Below, piece after piece: positions 43,005 to 56,999 of a DNA stretch of 64,000 nucleotides (positions are counted from its first letter, which is position 1; each line of letters opens with the position of its first letter). The notes beneath the pieces were generated by a model. That model had not been told where the DNA came from. It searched no databases and saw only the letters and a program-made list of their open reading frames with translations. The stretch spans positions 72,044,001 through 72,108,000 of the forward strand of contig OZ024742.1 of NCBI GenBank assembly GCA_964016885.1, given 5' to 3'. Source of the DNA: Eledone cirrhosa. Taxonomy: Eukaryota. The translations under genes and the position numbers were made by a program.

Positions 43005-43129
43005 CTGTTGAAAAAGCTTCCCTGTAGCTGCTATCCCCTTGCCGCTGGCTGTAGGTGTAACAGATTCCGTGGTCTGTATATATTTGTTTGAAGTCCTTGT
43101 CACTACATGGTTCTGACCGCCACATACAC
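43005..43129 (-). CDS. DEG/ENaC exon: beta-ball (CxW...C...F...TDHGxCYT)
   Basis: cctcag|...|gtatgt. Translates SCMWRSEPCSDKDFKQIYTDHGICYTYSQRQGDSSYREAFSTG. 125 nt, phase 2-1. Confidence 0.95.
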
Positions 43130-43144
43130 CTGAGGAGAATGGAA

Positions 43145-43352
43145 TGATGATGATGATAATAATAATTGTTTCTACTTTAGGCACAAGGCCAGCAATTACC
43201 CAGTGCATTACTGGTACTTTATTTTATCGACCCCGTAAGGATGAAAGGCAAAGTCAACCTCGGCGGATTTTAACTCTGAACGTAAAGGGCCATACTCTAT
43301 GCTGCAAAGCATGGTGTCTGCCGCTCTACCGATATTGACAAACCACTGCTCA
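43145..43352 (-). mobile_element. tRNA-derived SINE (same family) with (ATT/ATC)n tail
   Basis: Reverse complement of the family; its tail abuts the acceptor of exon 43005-43129. Confidence 0.8.
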
Positions 43353-43399
43353 AGGATAAAACAACATCACTAAGTAAGGCGATTTGATGCGTACCACTG

Positions 43400-44080
43400 A
43401 ACGCCTTATAATTAGATCACAAGATCAAGCTCTTGCTACCAATTCGGTGAAATATAACATCTATAACACTTCTGACACCTAGAAAAGAACGTGGAAAATG
43501 TAACCCACTTGCTAAGTGGACGTGACAGCCTTGCTCAAAAAGAGGACAAACGCCGGCATGATAAAGTCTGTTTGTACTTTCATTTGATGTTACGTAGTAA
43601 ATACCAATACGAAATAATAGATAATTATTATGAGCATGTGCCTTGTAAAATAATGCAGGAGGATGGGAAAGCAACGATATTCTGGGATTATGATTTTCAA
43701 ACTGACAGAGTAATTGAGCATTGCTGACCGGACATTGTCATGCTGAGCAAGAAAGACAAATACTGTGAAACCATAGACGTAGCTACACCAAATAACACAA
43801 ACATTGCGAGTAAAGAGGTTGAAAAAATCATCAAGTACTCCGAAATGAAAGTGGGGATGGCAAGGCTGTATGAGGATAATGTGAAAGTGATACAAGTTGT
43901 GATCGGGGTATTAGGATAATCCCATTGACACTACAATACTTCTTAAAGTGGTTGGGAATACCATACAAAAATCAGCCTTGGAAGGTACTGCGTACATTTC
44001 AAGGGAAGTATTATCTGTCTGAGGTTTTGTTGTGACTTGACAGATGACTTCGATACATTTCCCATCTACACTGCGTGACA

Positions 44081-44150
<70 letters not shown>
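43400..44150 (+). mobile_element. 3' fragment of an R4/Dong-like LINE with (TAG)n tail
   Basis: ENVTHLLSG...RRHDKVC...IFWDYDFQTDRVIEHC*PDIV; (GTA)n at 44083-44150. Confidence 0.75.
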
Positions 44151-44151
<1 letters not shown>

Positions 44152-44444
44152 TTGATGATGTTGATGATGATTAAGATGATTAATTACAAGGGATTGCACA
44201 CATAATACAATAGGGGTATAGGGGTTACTATATTTGTGGGGTCGGACAAAGTTATATGAAACCAAATCTAGGAGCAAGTGCATTGTATAATCGACATATT
44301 AAAATTTGATAAGACATGAAATACATATAAAATTATTATAAAACATACAATAATAAATAATTCATTCCGAGGAAAATCTTTAAAAAAAACTGAGGCAAAT
44401 TTTGAAAAAGAATTTTGAAAAACTTGTGGCTGGAGCAGAGCTCC

Positions 44445-46572
44445 AACCAGACAGAGAGTGACCTGGTGGTGGAACAGGACAGTAGATAGGGCCATTAGAG
44501 ACAAAAGAGTAGCATGGAAGGCTTGGAAAAATTGTGGGAGTAGAGAAGGTTACATAGCCGCTAAGAGAGAAGCTAGACATCAGGTGTACTTAGCACGCAG
44601 GGAGGCTGAGAGTAGGAGGTTTGCCAATGTTCTGCGACGGGAAAATCAGAGGCGTGCGGTGTTCCACATTGCAAGGCAGTGTGTCAATGTAAATCAGGAT
44701 GTTGTTGGAGATAAATGTGTCCGGAATGATGCCGGTGTACTTAGTGTCACGAATGATCAGAAAAAGGAGGCCTGGAAATGTCCTTATGAGAGACTGTTGA
44801 ATGTGGAGAACGAATGGGAGAGAGAGAAATTACCCTCAGTAGATCCGACAGAGGGACCAGCTATTGAGATTGACGAATATAGGGTCCAAGAGGCGATTAA
44901 GGAAATGAAAAATGGTAAGGCTGCTGGACCGTCGGGGATAGTTGCTGAGATGCTGAAGGCATCAGGGGACGTAGGCACTAAACTGTTTGCACGCATCATC
45001 AATCAGGCTATATATGGTGGTGTCATACCCAAAGACTGGTGCAGCAGTATTCTCATAAATTGCTACAAAGGTAAAGGGGATGCTCTGGAGAGGAGCAATT
45101 ATAGGGGTATAAAACTGATGGATCAGGTTATGAAAGTGGCAGAAAGGATATTAGCACAACTAATTAGAGAAAGGGTGAAACTAGATGAGATGCAGTTTGG
45201 TTTTGTGCCTGGGAAAAGTACAACAGATGCCCTCTTCTTGGTGAGACAATTACAAGAGAGGTTCTTAGAGAAGAATAAGCCACTATACTTAGCCTTTGTT
45301 GACCTAGAGAAGGCCTTTGATAGGGTATCCCGATTTGTCATCTGGTGGTCTCTAAGGAAACTAGGTGTTGAGGAATGGCTTGTGAGGACAGTGCAAACTT
45401 TGTACAGAGGTGCTGTCAGTAAAGTCAGGGTAGGAATGGAGTTTAGTGAGGAATTCCAGATACAAGTAGGAGTACATCAAGGTTCAGTCCTCAGTCCGCT
45501 CTTGTTCATTATAGTCCTCCAAGCCATAATAGAGGAGTTTAAGACTGGCTGTCCATGGGAACTTCTCTATGCTGACGATCTGGTTCTTATAGCAGAATCA
45601 GTAGAGGAGCCAGAGAATAAATTCTGGCTATGGAAACAGCAGTTGGAAGCAAGAGGACTGAGAGTGAACCTAGCTAAGACAAAAGTGTTGATGAGTAGAA
45701 AAGAGGACAAAACTGATTCCGTCAGGGAAATGGCCATGTTCCATATGCAGAAAAGGAACTGGCATAAATTCTATAAAATGCACACAATGCAGATCCTGGG
45801 TACACAAGAGATGTTGTGGGATAGCAGGAAAACTAACAGGTAGGGAGAAATAGGTATGCAGTAGATGTACAGGGAAATTAGACAGTAGAAGTCGCATTGA
45901 TAGACACCTTTTTCAAATGCAGGCGGGTATTATAGAAGTGGTGGATAGCTTCCGGTACCTAGTAGATCAGATTAGCATGGGAGGGGGGGGTGTTCCGAGG
46001 CCATAGTATCTAGAATAAGGACGGGTTGGAAGAAGTTTAGGGAGCTGCTTCCTCTGCTGACGAAGAAGTGTTTCTCCCTGCGTACGAAAAGCCGGTTATA
46101 TGATGCCTGTGTGAGGAGCGCGATGCTGCATGGTAGTGAGACTTGGGCAGCAACTGCAGAGGATATGCGATGGTTGGAGAGAAATAAGGCAAGCAAGTTC
46201 CGTTGGATGTGCAATGTTAATGTGCGTGAACGACCCAGCATGGATGTGGTGAGAGAGAAACTGTGTCTGAGGGGGATAGAATGTAGTGTGCGAGAGAGGA
46301 GGCTGCGGTGGTATGGACATGTGATGCGCATGGAGGATGACCGATGGGTGAAGAAGTGCCAGGAAATGCCAGTTGAAGGAAGACGTGGTAGAGGTAGACC
46401 ACGAAAAACATGGGCGGAGGTGGTGAGAACAGACCTCAGATCGCTGAAGCTCACAGTGGAGATGACGAAGGACCGTGACAAGTGGAGAGATGCTGTGCTG
46501 AATAAGACCCGTCCCACCCTTGCAAGCAGGGAAAAGCGGACGTAAAATGAGGATGATGATGATGATGATGAT
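44445..46572 (+). mobile_element. RTE-clade LINE, 5'-truncated, frameshifted, (GAT)n tail
   Basis: GKAAGPSGI, NYRGIKL, FVDLEKAFDRV, GVHQGSVLSP, LLYADD; C-terminal LRWYGHVMRM...GRGRPRKTW. Confidence 0.95.
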
Positions 46573-47281
46573 TTTTACGAAATATTTTTGAAAAACATTT
46601 TGAGATAAATTTTGAGGAAAAATTTCAAAAGATTTTATGAAAAAAATGTTTGAAAAAAATGTTGAGGGTAAATTTTTCAAAATGTTTTCAAATCGATTTT
46701 GATAAAAATTTTCTTCAAAATTTTGGGGAAGTTTTTTAAGGGGAATTAAAAAAAAGATATTTTGTGAAAAATTATTCAAAACATTTTTGAGGAAAATTTT
46801 TCAAAAAAGTTAGAAAAAAATGTCTAAATAAAGAAAGATTTTTGAAAATGTTTTGAAATCGTTTTTGATACATATTTTTTTAATTTTTGGGTAAATTTTT
46901 CAATTTTTTTTAGGAAAATTAAAAAGAAATATTTTGTGAAAATCTTTTCAAAATATTTTTGAGGAAAATATTAAAAAAAAATTTTAGAATTAAAAAAAAT
47001 AATAATTACATTAATTTATTCAGGTAAATTTTTGACAAAATGCTTCGAATGAAAATTTTCAAAACATAAAAAAAAAATGTGTTTTTTATTATTTTGAAAA
47101 AATTAAAAACATAATTCATAGGCAACTATGACCCTGGGGTCTATGTCATTCGTCATGCCTCTAACTGAAGTTTGCCTCGAGTCAGGAGGCCCATCAGGCC
47201 GGTGCTTATTGTTATTGATGTATATATATTACGAAAATTATCATTTTCGGGCATAAGATTGTGGCATTTATCTTTGTCTTT

Positions 47282-47495
47282 AGGGCGATGGATTGGTAGT
47301 ATCGGTAGAGCGTCGGACAATATACTTTGTGACATCTAGTTATGGCCCTTTACGTCCTGCGTTCAAATCTCATCGAGGTTAGCCTTGTCTTTCGATCTTA
47401 CGGGGTCGATAAAATAATGTACCAGTAACGCACTGGGGGCCATTTAATCGACCTCCCCCTCCCCCCAAAAAAAAATTGTTGGTCTTGTGCCTAAA
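47282..47495 (+). mobile_element. tRNA-derived SINE (same family)
   Basis: agggcgatggattggtagtatcggtagag...gcgttcaaatct...ggggtcgataaaata. Confidence 0.75.
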
Positions 47496-47914
47496 TCATT
47501 ATCTATGTCTTCAAGTATTTGTTTCGATATAGTTTTTTGTCTTTCTCGAAAAAGTATTTGTTTTTTTACATTTCACTAATTAAAAGTTATCGAACGCAGA
47601 ATCACATACCTATGCCCGATAATAAAAATACGTGTTATACCTCTGTTGGCCCAGACAAGTAATGTTCAAATTGTTCAAACAACGGAACAGCCTACTTGTG
47701 AAATTAATTAGCATAGTTCTCTTAAAATTATAGATAGAGTTCATTTTTGCCAGCTTACTAGATTGGAGTAATGTAAAATAACGTGTCTAGTTTAAGCATA
47801 CAATTGGTCACCCTACGAGAATTGAACTAATGACACTACAACCGTGAGTCGAATACGCTAACTATTCAGTCACACACACACACTCACATACACGCTCGCG
47901 CACACATACGCACG

Positions 47915-47992
<78 letters not shown>

Positions 47993-48011
47993 AGTACAAC
48001 GTAATACTTAC

Positions 48012-48176
48012 GATATAATCATATCTTCCTTCTGATGTGCCACAGATCTGTACAATTCATCCATAGTTATGTTGTTATAACCAAATCTCTCAAGCTCTGC
48101 TGAATCAATGTCTCTGGTGGTACTGTAAATATGTTCCAGTAATCGGTACCGCTGCAACTCTGTTGCTTTCGTGGCT
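48012..48176 (-). CDS. DEG/ENaC exon: finger domain
   Basis: caacag|...|gtaagt. Translates [56 protein letters not shown] (ASIC-like MxExYxxxxHxxEDM). 165 nt, phase 2-2. Confidence 0.93.
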
Positions 48177-48204
48177 CTGTTGAAGGAGTGTGCATATATA
48201 CATG

Positions 48205-48606
<402 letters not shown>

Positions 48607-48642
48607 ATTAAAATTCTAAAAACCCAGATTACATATATTATA

Positions 48643-48687
<45 letters not shown>

Positions 48688-48737
48688 TCACACACATATA
48701 TATTCACTGAATCTATATACTTATATGTACGTATACG

Positions 48738-48783
<46 letters not shown>

Positions 48784-49127
48784 TAAGAAATTTTTTCTTA
48801 TATCAAAGTTTAATGGGCATCCACCGATGATTTATAAGTGCCCACCTACATATATTCTTACAGGAAAATATGTTAGGCTTCTACATAAACTGGAAACATT
48901 CTCCCAACTTGTAGAAAACTTATAATGAAACAATTGTTTGAAAAGAGAGATATATTTTAATTTTAATTATATCTCATATAAAATAATACAACTGGCTTTC
49001 CACAAAATACATATAGTTAGCACCCAAACATAAAATTGGGATTATACTAAAGTATATCCTAATGTTTGTAGAGTGAGATGGTTACCAGTCGGAGTTTAGC
49101 TTAAAGCTTTCTCTGTTATTGTATTAA

Positions 49128-49158
<31 letters not shown>

Positions 49159-49199
49159 AAAAAATTAAAACATTTAGGGTTTCTTTACAATTCACGTTT

Positions 49200-50180
49200 A
49201 TAGGGAAGATGGGTTTGAACAATGCTGTGACTGATCTTTTAGTTAGAAGGTATTAATGTACCAATAAATTTGATGATTATTTATATAGATTGTTTACTTT
49301 TAACGGTTTCGCTATAGTCTTTCGAAAACTATTTTTCGTTTATGTTTATCCCACATGGTTGGTCGTTTGTCTTCTTGTTGGACACAAGGGGTGCAACTGG
49401 TTTGCAGTTTTGTACTCGTTAGTATATTTTTTAGTGATTTTGGTTGTCGTTTACTTTTTATGATTGGGTGTTTTTGTAAGATGTTTTTCATTTTCTTGTC
49501 CTTTAGTAAGATCGGTATGTTTAGTTACATGTGTGTATATCTCTGCTGTGTTCTTTGGATTGAAAGTTGAAATGTATGGCATGACCTTTTTTTTTTTTAT
49601 TCTGTTTTTGTTTCTCGGAGTGTTTGGATATTGATTCGACTTACTTTTTGTATACTATTATTGATTAAATTCTAATGATAAGTATTTGTTTCATCTCTTC
49701 TAGTCTGTAGTCTCTGGTTGTTGGGTTTGAGACTATTGTACAGATTCGCTTGGCTAAGTTAAAAGAGATGTTGGTACGAATGTGTGATGGATGAGATGTA
49801 AAATGGTGGTACTATCGGGAGTCAGTGGGTTCCAAATATATGTCGGTTTCTAATGGTCTGTTTCTTTTTGTTATTAGAATATCTAAAAATGGAAGTTTTG
49901 AATTGCTAAAATCCATAGTGAACTGGATATTCTGGTTCATATTATTGATGACGATTTGAAATTTATTTGGTTGGTCAAAATTCTCCATGCACAGTAAAGG
50001 AAGCATGGTATATGCTATCTATATTTTCGTTGATAGAAAAATAATTTCTTTGAAGGTGCGGCCTATGCCACGGGGTTCCTTGACTGGTTTCTATTGGTAG
50101 GTCAGCGTGGTTATCTGATGATTACTGTCGGTGCCTGGAATTGGGTCAATGATTGGTTTGACCTCAGTAATTTCTGGTAT
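49200..50180 (-). mobile_element. Decayed Penelope-like RT fragment
   Basis: NIQFTMDFSNSKLPFLDILI...TDIYLEPTDSR (PLE RT thumb). Confidence 0.75.
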
Positions 50181-50251
50181 GTATGCATGTATGCATGTAT
50201 GCGTGTGGGTGGGGGATGCATGGGTGCATGCGTTTGTGTGTAGAAACTTAC

Positions 50252-50419
50252 CTGAAAGCATTTTGGTTACATATAGTTAGAGATGGGAATACGAGCGTCT
50301 TGTTGTAGTTGACGTCAACGTTGACAGTGACTGGCCAGCTGTAGTAGTAGAGGATGCGATCTATTACTTGGTAGGACATAATACCAAAACACAGTAGCAC
50401 CAACAACAACCATAGCAAT
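50252..50419 (-). CDS. DEG/ENaC (ASIC-like) channel exon: TM1 and post-TM1 FPxxTxCN motif
   Basis: ttacag|...|gtaagt splice sites. Translates RLLWLLLVLLCFGIMSYQVIDRILYYYSWPVTVNVDVNYNKTLVFPSLTICNQNAFR, i.e. TM1 plus the DEG/ENaC signature. 168 nt, phase 2-2. Not in the ORF track. Confidence 0.95.
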
Positions 50420-50542
50420 CTGTAATGAATAAGAAATATTGAGTATCTTCTTTAACTGAGGTAAACCATTCTATCTTATTTAGCTCCTTAGCTGAGCCCT
50501 TTCGACCAAACAGAACACGGGTATATCCATGAAAAAAAAAAT

Positions 50543-50634
<92 letters not shown>

Positions 50635-51004
50635 CATTTATGATATGTTGTTTACAAATAGGTAGAGCTGGTGATTCCGGTTAGTAAATAATGCAATACA
50701 TTAAAGCACTCGACGTTATGCAGATCATCCATCGCAGGGGATGGTTTTGCCGTTACAATAACACCGAATTAGCAAGCCATCCTCGAACGAAATCTATTCT
50801 CTACTTTCTATTCTCTGTTTGTGTTCGCCATAGCTCTGTTGTCTTATATAACCAATTCTGCAATCAACACCCGATGAAACAGTCTAAGTCTTGCATCATG
50901 ATCGGATGATGAAACTGGGCTATTGGAATATGTATAGAGTTTTCGCGGAATTAAAATTTTAAAGAAGGTTTCCAGTCTGGCCTTCTGTTGCTTTTAATGA
51001 ATAC

Positions 51005-51200
51005 TAGCAGAATGGCCCGGCGTTGCTCAGGATTCTAAACATAGATTGGCATGTTTATCCCTCCTTTCTGAAACAGTTTCGTCGTATGTTCACCAATTGA
51101 TGCGGAAGTTCTAATAAAAAGTGAAGTCACCTTGGGTGAATAGGCAAATCATTTTCCATTAAGATTTTTCATGGACTGAGTGGTCTACCACTACGGATAT
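51005..51200 (-). mobile_element. Helitron 3' end fragment
   Basis: CTAGcagaatggcccggcgttgctc is the reverse complement of the 37465-37489 terminus. Confidence 0.7.
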
Positions 51201-51233
51201 TACCTTCCAGTGTTCTACCATTATATGTATATA

Positions 51234-51266
<33 letters not shown>

Positions 51267-51391
51267 TAGGTATAGGATTCTGCTCTGAGGAAACAGTGGT
51301 CACAGCATTGGATATTCGAGTTCTGCAAATACTTGTGAATTTGCAACGGAATAAACTACCTTTTTATGATGTCTACCTGTTATTATTCATT

Positions 51392-51518
<127 letters not shown>

Positions 51519-51613
51519 GTATATATATAAACATTTTCTAACCCAGAAAAAAGAGAAAAAATAAAAGGAAAAAAAAAAATTTTTCTTCCTAATAATCGTC
51601 TTTTTCTCCCTAT

Positions 51614-51755
<142 letters not shown>

Positions 51756-52061
51756 GTTTAACACGGTTCAATGAATTCATCAATGAATAAAGTTTCACAA
51801 TAGATTAGAAGCACTCTACAAAGAGGTTTTCTGGAGTTATTAATATTACTTCAAAATACTAATAAATATAGAGATTCATGTGATCAAATATATTTTATTA
51901 TACATATTTCAGAGGTACTGAGCTATTTCAACAGTACGTCCTCATCAGATAAAATAAGTTGATGCCTGACATACCTTGACTATGTTGATGGTTATAATTT
52001 AGTCATGGCAGTTATATATATATATGCAATACTGATTCTTTGTTCCCATTTATTATTATTA

Positions 52062-53195
52062 CTAGCAGTGTATCCCGGGGTTGCACGGGTAAGAACATTG
52101 GTAATAGTACCTCCAATGAGAAACGTTTGTTTGTGAGTGCCTGTTAAAAACTCACGAAAAGATACCGACAGAAAACTTGTTTTATTTGGAGAAAATTAAG
52201 TTGAAAGTACAGTTTAGCTGTCTACGTGCATTGTTCATAGAAATATTGTTGAGCCCCTTCTTTTCATACTCCTTCTGTGACAGTTGTCCCCCGGCGTTTC
52301 CACTCTGTTTTGGCCTTTTAAAGTAAATGTGAAAGAGAAAGTCACAGGTTAAGTTGGCAGAAGGTTCCAGTGTCATAGCAGTAAGGCGTAGGCTACTTAC
52401 CTCAAAAGTTCATTCGCACTCTTTCCACTAAGTTACTGTTTCTCTCTATCCCTCTCGGTGCAGTCACTTGCGAATTTCTAGCGTAGGCCTGGTGTCGATT
52501 TGCACCTGATCCATCTGATCGATTCACAGTTCCGCTTTGTACGGCTTTTGGAGGAAGGAGTGACCAGCAGTACGTTGTTTGGTATTATTATGAAAAGGTG
52601 TAGCAGAGAATCCCGCGTGAACTAACAACTCGGGAGGAAACTGCTTACCTCGAAGATTCATTCGTCATCGTTCTTGTCAACGCTCCGTTTAGTTGGTATT
52701 TGTTGGTCTACAGTTAGATGAATGGCGCACAAAGAGTTAATGTTTATTGGCAAGAAGTTTGTTGAGTAATAAAAGACGGGGTAAAGCGACCTACAATGTA
52801 TCATTCTGCGTTGATCTTAGCAGTTTTTGTTATTGTCAATGGGTTTTTTGGACGGCAAATTCGAGACCCTTCTGTTTCTCCCTCAATAAACTGACTACTA
52901 TGAAAACCATTCCATGCTGGCCTGCATTGGAAATGCAGAACGCAAAGGTGAAAGTTCAGTGGTAATGGGAGTCCTATGTAGTAGCATTAACATTGACATT
53001 GCTTACAACGTGTTCTTTCACCCTTAACAACAGAAAATTGAAAAATAAAAGCTGTAGTTAATATCTTTAGACCGCAAGGAATATATAAATGCAAGTTTGA
53101 AGTCAATCGGAGTAGAAATGTGGATTTGTATAGACTTTGCAAAACTTAGGAAACACATACACACAGACAATTTCACTTTTATATATATGTATAGA
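52062..53195 (-). mobile_element. Non-autonomous Helitron
   Basis: CTAG plus cccggggttgcacggg hairpin at 52062; 5' TC(TA)n-type end near 53195. Confidence 0.7.
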
Positions 53196-53202
53196 TACAG
53201 AT

Positions 53203-53327
53203 TGTGAATTGGCAGTTGGCAAAATCGGTAGAGAGTCGGACGCTATGCTTTGCAGCAGAGAGTTACGGTCCTTTACGGTCCGAGTTCAAATCCCTCCGAG
53301 GTTAATTTTGCCTTTCATCCTTACGGG

Positions 53328-53332
<5 letters not shown>
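53203..53332 (+). mobile_element. tRNA-derived SINE (same family, 3'-truncated)
   Basis: B-box gagttcaaatccc plus core up to gggatcgat. Confidence 0.7.
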
Positions 53333-53388
<56 letters not shown>

Positions 53389-53938
53389 TGTAGTTCCTGT
53401 CTGTTTGTTTGTTTGTTTGTTCACAAACTCCGCCTATGGTTTTAGAGATAGACCCCCATAACTATATATATTCTGAAATTACATTGCCCAGGGTACTTGG
53501 ATATGTATATTTCATTTTAATCAAAGGGTTCTCCAGGGGCACAAACCCCTGCTGAAAAGTTTTTCCCTTCGATTTATATGAAATTTAAACCATAGGTAAA
53601 TGAGAAGATATGATGCATATTCACGAGGTTTTGCACACGACTTATTCCAATCCTCTAGCCTCCCACACTCATAGTGCTAGAAATAACAGCCGTTTATATG
53701 GGATTACAAATTCAGCTCAACTTTTGCCCATATGTGTTTGTGAGTATTGATTTATTATTTTTTAGATCGACACAGGCAGACTATATGTATTTGAATTAAG
53801 ATATTTCATTCTAGCTATTTTTATTGTCAATTGCAACAAAAACATGTAAATGTTTATCATATATTAATGTATACTGCTCAGAAGTGATTCTCAGAGTTAA
53901 ATAATTGTAAATGACCCCATTGAGTGTAAACTCTAAGT

Positions 53939-54047
<109 letters not shown>

Positions 54048-54123
54048 TATATACATATATATATACACATATATATATATACACATATATATACATATAT
54101 ATATACATATACATGTATATGTA

Positions 54124-54705
54124 TGTCAGGTCATCAGTTGGTGCTACTGGTAACATGTATTCCAGTACAACCTGTCTCATGGTCGGGCCGTTGGCGACTA
54201 AACGGGCAACCCCACCAAGGTTTCTTGGCGAGGAGGGTGTCAAACCTGTCAAAGGGCAAAAAAGCTCTTGAGAGTCAATGGCCATCCAAAATCACCGGGA
54301 GAGATTACCCCTTAGCCTTTGTCAAGGCAGAATTCTAGGAGAAGGAAAACTCTGATATAACACCTGCAACCCTGATGGTATCCACTGATGTTGACTTGTT
54401 CTTCTTTTTGGTAAATATCATCTTGGTTAAGAGAGAGGGACTGGCTTTGTGCAGTGCCTTTGCTCACTATAAAAGCTTCACAGCACAGGCATTGCTTTAT
54501 ATCTGGAGATCTCTCTGCACTTGTCGTCACATGGTACCATGGGCCCAGTACTATGTGTCAATAATTGTCACAAGTGTAGTGTTTTTACCAGAGTTTTCAA
54601 GTCGCTGGCTGGACTAAAAAGTCACACTCGTTCAACGCATCGGTAGGGGTTCTCCTAAATGGATATAAAGTAGTGGCCGTACTCGAAAACGAGTTGGCAG
54701 CCACC
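54124..54705 (+). mobile_element. Near full-length copy of the C2H2/(ATGT)n repeat family
   Basis: Matches 40541-41135 (inverted) and the copies at 8533, 8927 and 56174. Confidence 0.85.
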
Positions 54706-54712
54706 ATATATG

Positions 54713-54764
<52 letters not shown>

Positions 54765-54795
54765 TACACATATATATACATATATATATATATAC

Positions 54796-54881
<86 letters not shown>

Positions 54882-54882
54882 G

Positions 54883-54987
<105 letters not shown>

Positions 54988-55625
54988 AAAAATTGAACGG
55001 GAACAAAATAGAGAGGCAGTACGAACAAAGGTTTATTAGTTTCACGCTCTTGAGAGTGGGGTGGTGGTATATATAACCCATACATTATCGTATTTGCACA
55101 TTAGTGGAAATTTTTGATTTTTGCTTTTGTTTGCTACACATCAACATCTTTACTTATCTATGAATCATAAGTTGCATGCACTGTAAGTTGCATGCACTTG
55201 TCCTTTTGTTTCTAAATGTTGGAAAATTTTTCTATTGTTGGAAAATCACAGGTTATAAATCACGCATGATAGCCTTCTGTTTTCATCTTTTCAAACGCAT
55301 TGTTTCAGTTTTCTTATTCAATGTTAAACCTACACACATACTTTCTTTTTACACCTCTTCACGCCATTACACACACTTACACACATTTTCACATCGTTAC
55401 AAGCGAGCTTAGACTTGGTAATATTGTTATCCATTTACACTAATGGATAGATAACATGAGTTAATAAGGAAAGACACAGAACACTTAAACAGTTATGGCG
55501 ACGGCAGTACTTAGGAAAGAATGAGGTGCGCCAGGGTATTGAGGAACGGATAAATGAAACTATCTATATATATACACATCGATATAAGTACATTTACAAA
55601 CACCCACACACACAGACACACACGC

Positions 55626-55719
<94 letters not shown>

Positions 55720-56129
55720 TCACAAACCTATTGACATATGGTTTTGTAATTTCATATACGATTTGTTACGTTTGAACTCATTTCCTTTGTACAATAACTG
55801 AAGTGTACATAAAACCATATAATTATGCGTTATGATAACTATAGTGGTATATAACCACATAACCATATTTTCTAATAACTCAAATCGTACATGAAATTCA
55901 CATATGTGAATAAGTTTGTGAGTATATATATATATATTTATATATATATATATATATATATATAACGAAGGAAATGTGGTAAGGAACCAGGTGGACCATA
56001 ACGCACCAAAGTACTCAATACTTAGGGTAGTAGAGTGGGTAATAGGAACGAGTAGGACCCCGACGGCTGAGCTCAAGCCGTTTCGACGGCTAATTCAGAA
56101 TTATATATATATATACTCGTTCGTATATA

Positions 56130-56165
<36 letters not shown>

Positions 56166-56173
56166 TGTATGTA

Positions 56174-56488
56174 TTGACTTGTTCTTCTTTTTGGTAAATA
56201 TCATCTTGGTTAAGAGAGTGGGACTGGCTTTGTGCAGTGCCTTTGCTCACTATAAAAGCTTCACAGCACAGGCATTGCTTTATATCTGGAGATCTCTCTG
56301 CACTTGTCGTCACATGGTACCATGGGCCCAGCACTATGTGTCAATAATTGTCACAAGTGTAGTGTTTGTACCAGAATTTTCAAGTCGCTGGCTGGACTAA
56401 AAAGTCACACTCGTTCAGCGCATCGGTAGGGGTTCTCCTACATGGATATAAAGTAGTGGCCGTACTCGAAAACGAGTTGGCAGCCACC
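56174..56488 (+). mobile_element. 5'-truncated copy of the C2H2/(ATGT)n repeat family
   Basis: Near-identical to the 3' part of 54124-54705; flanked by (GTAT)n. Confidence 0.85.
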
Positions 56489-56507
56489 ATGTATGTATGT
56501 ATTTATG

Positions 56508-56544
<37 letters not shown>

Positions 56545-56545
<1 letters not shown>

Positions 56546-56672
56546 AAATTATATTTCACGTTATATTTTGACGTTTATAGGCATGTTTATGGACCATGTC
56601 CAATGTTCGCGGTTTTTCACTCTTCGCGGGTGCTCTAGGAACGTAAGCCCCGCGAATACTGGGGGACAACTG
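56545..56672. mobile_element. pogo/Tigger-like MITE terminus
   Basis: Ends ...cgcgaatactgggggacaactg|TA, with repeated tcgcgg motifs. Confidence 0.5.
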
Positions 56673-56772
<100 letters not shown>

Positions 56773-56873
56773 TAGAGAATTGACCGCGAACTCAGCGGGT
56801 TCAGAAGATGTAACTTACCGAAACCACCAACCTCGTGGCTGATCCTCTACTTTTACTAATATAATCACTCTGC

Positions 56874-56980
56874 ATATTACATGTATCGAGTACATCTCTG
56901 TATATTGATATATATTGATAGTCAGCGGTACTGGGACCAGGAAGACCACAAATTAGAGATGTACTCGATACATGTAATAT
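56874..56980. repeat. 26-bp perfect inverted repeat
   Basis: atattacatgtatcgagtacatctct / agagatgtactcgatacatgtaatat. Confidence 0.85.
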
Positions 56981-56999
56981 ATATATATGTATATACCCC

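Noticed and set aside
51918-51950. Minus-strand CTGATGA...GAAA motif; similar weak hits near 28900 and 56080
   Set aside because: Stems I and III are too weak, or the core is broken, so I did not call them.
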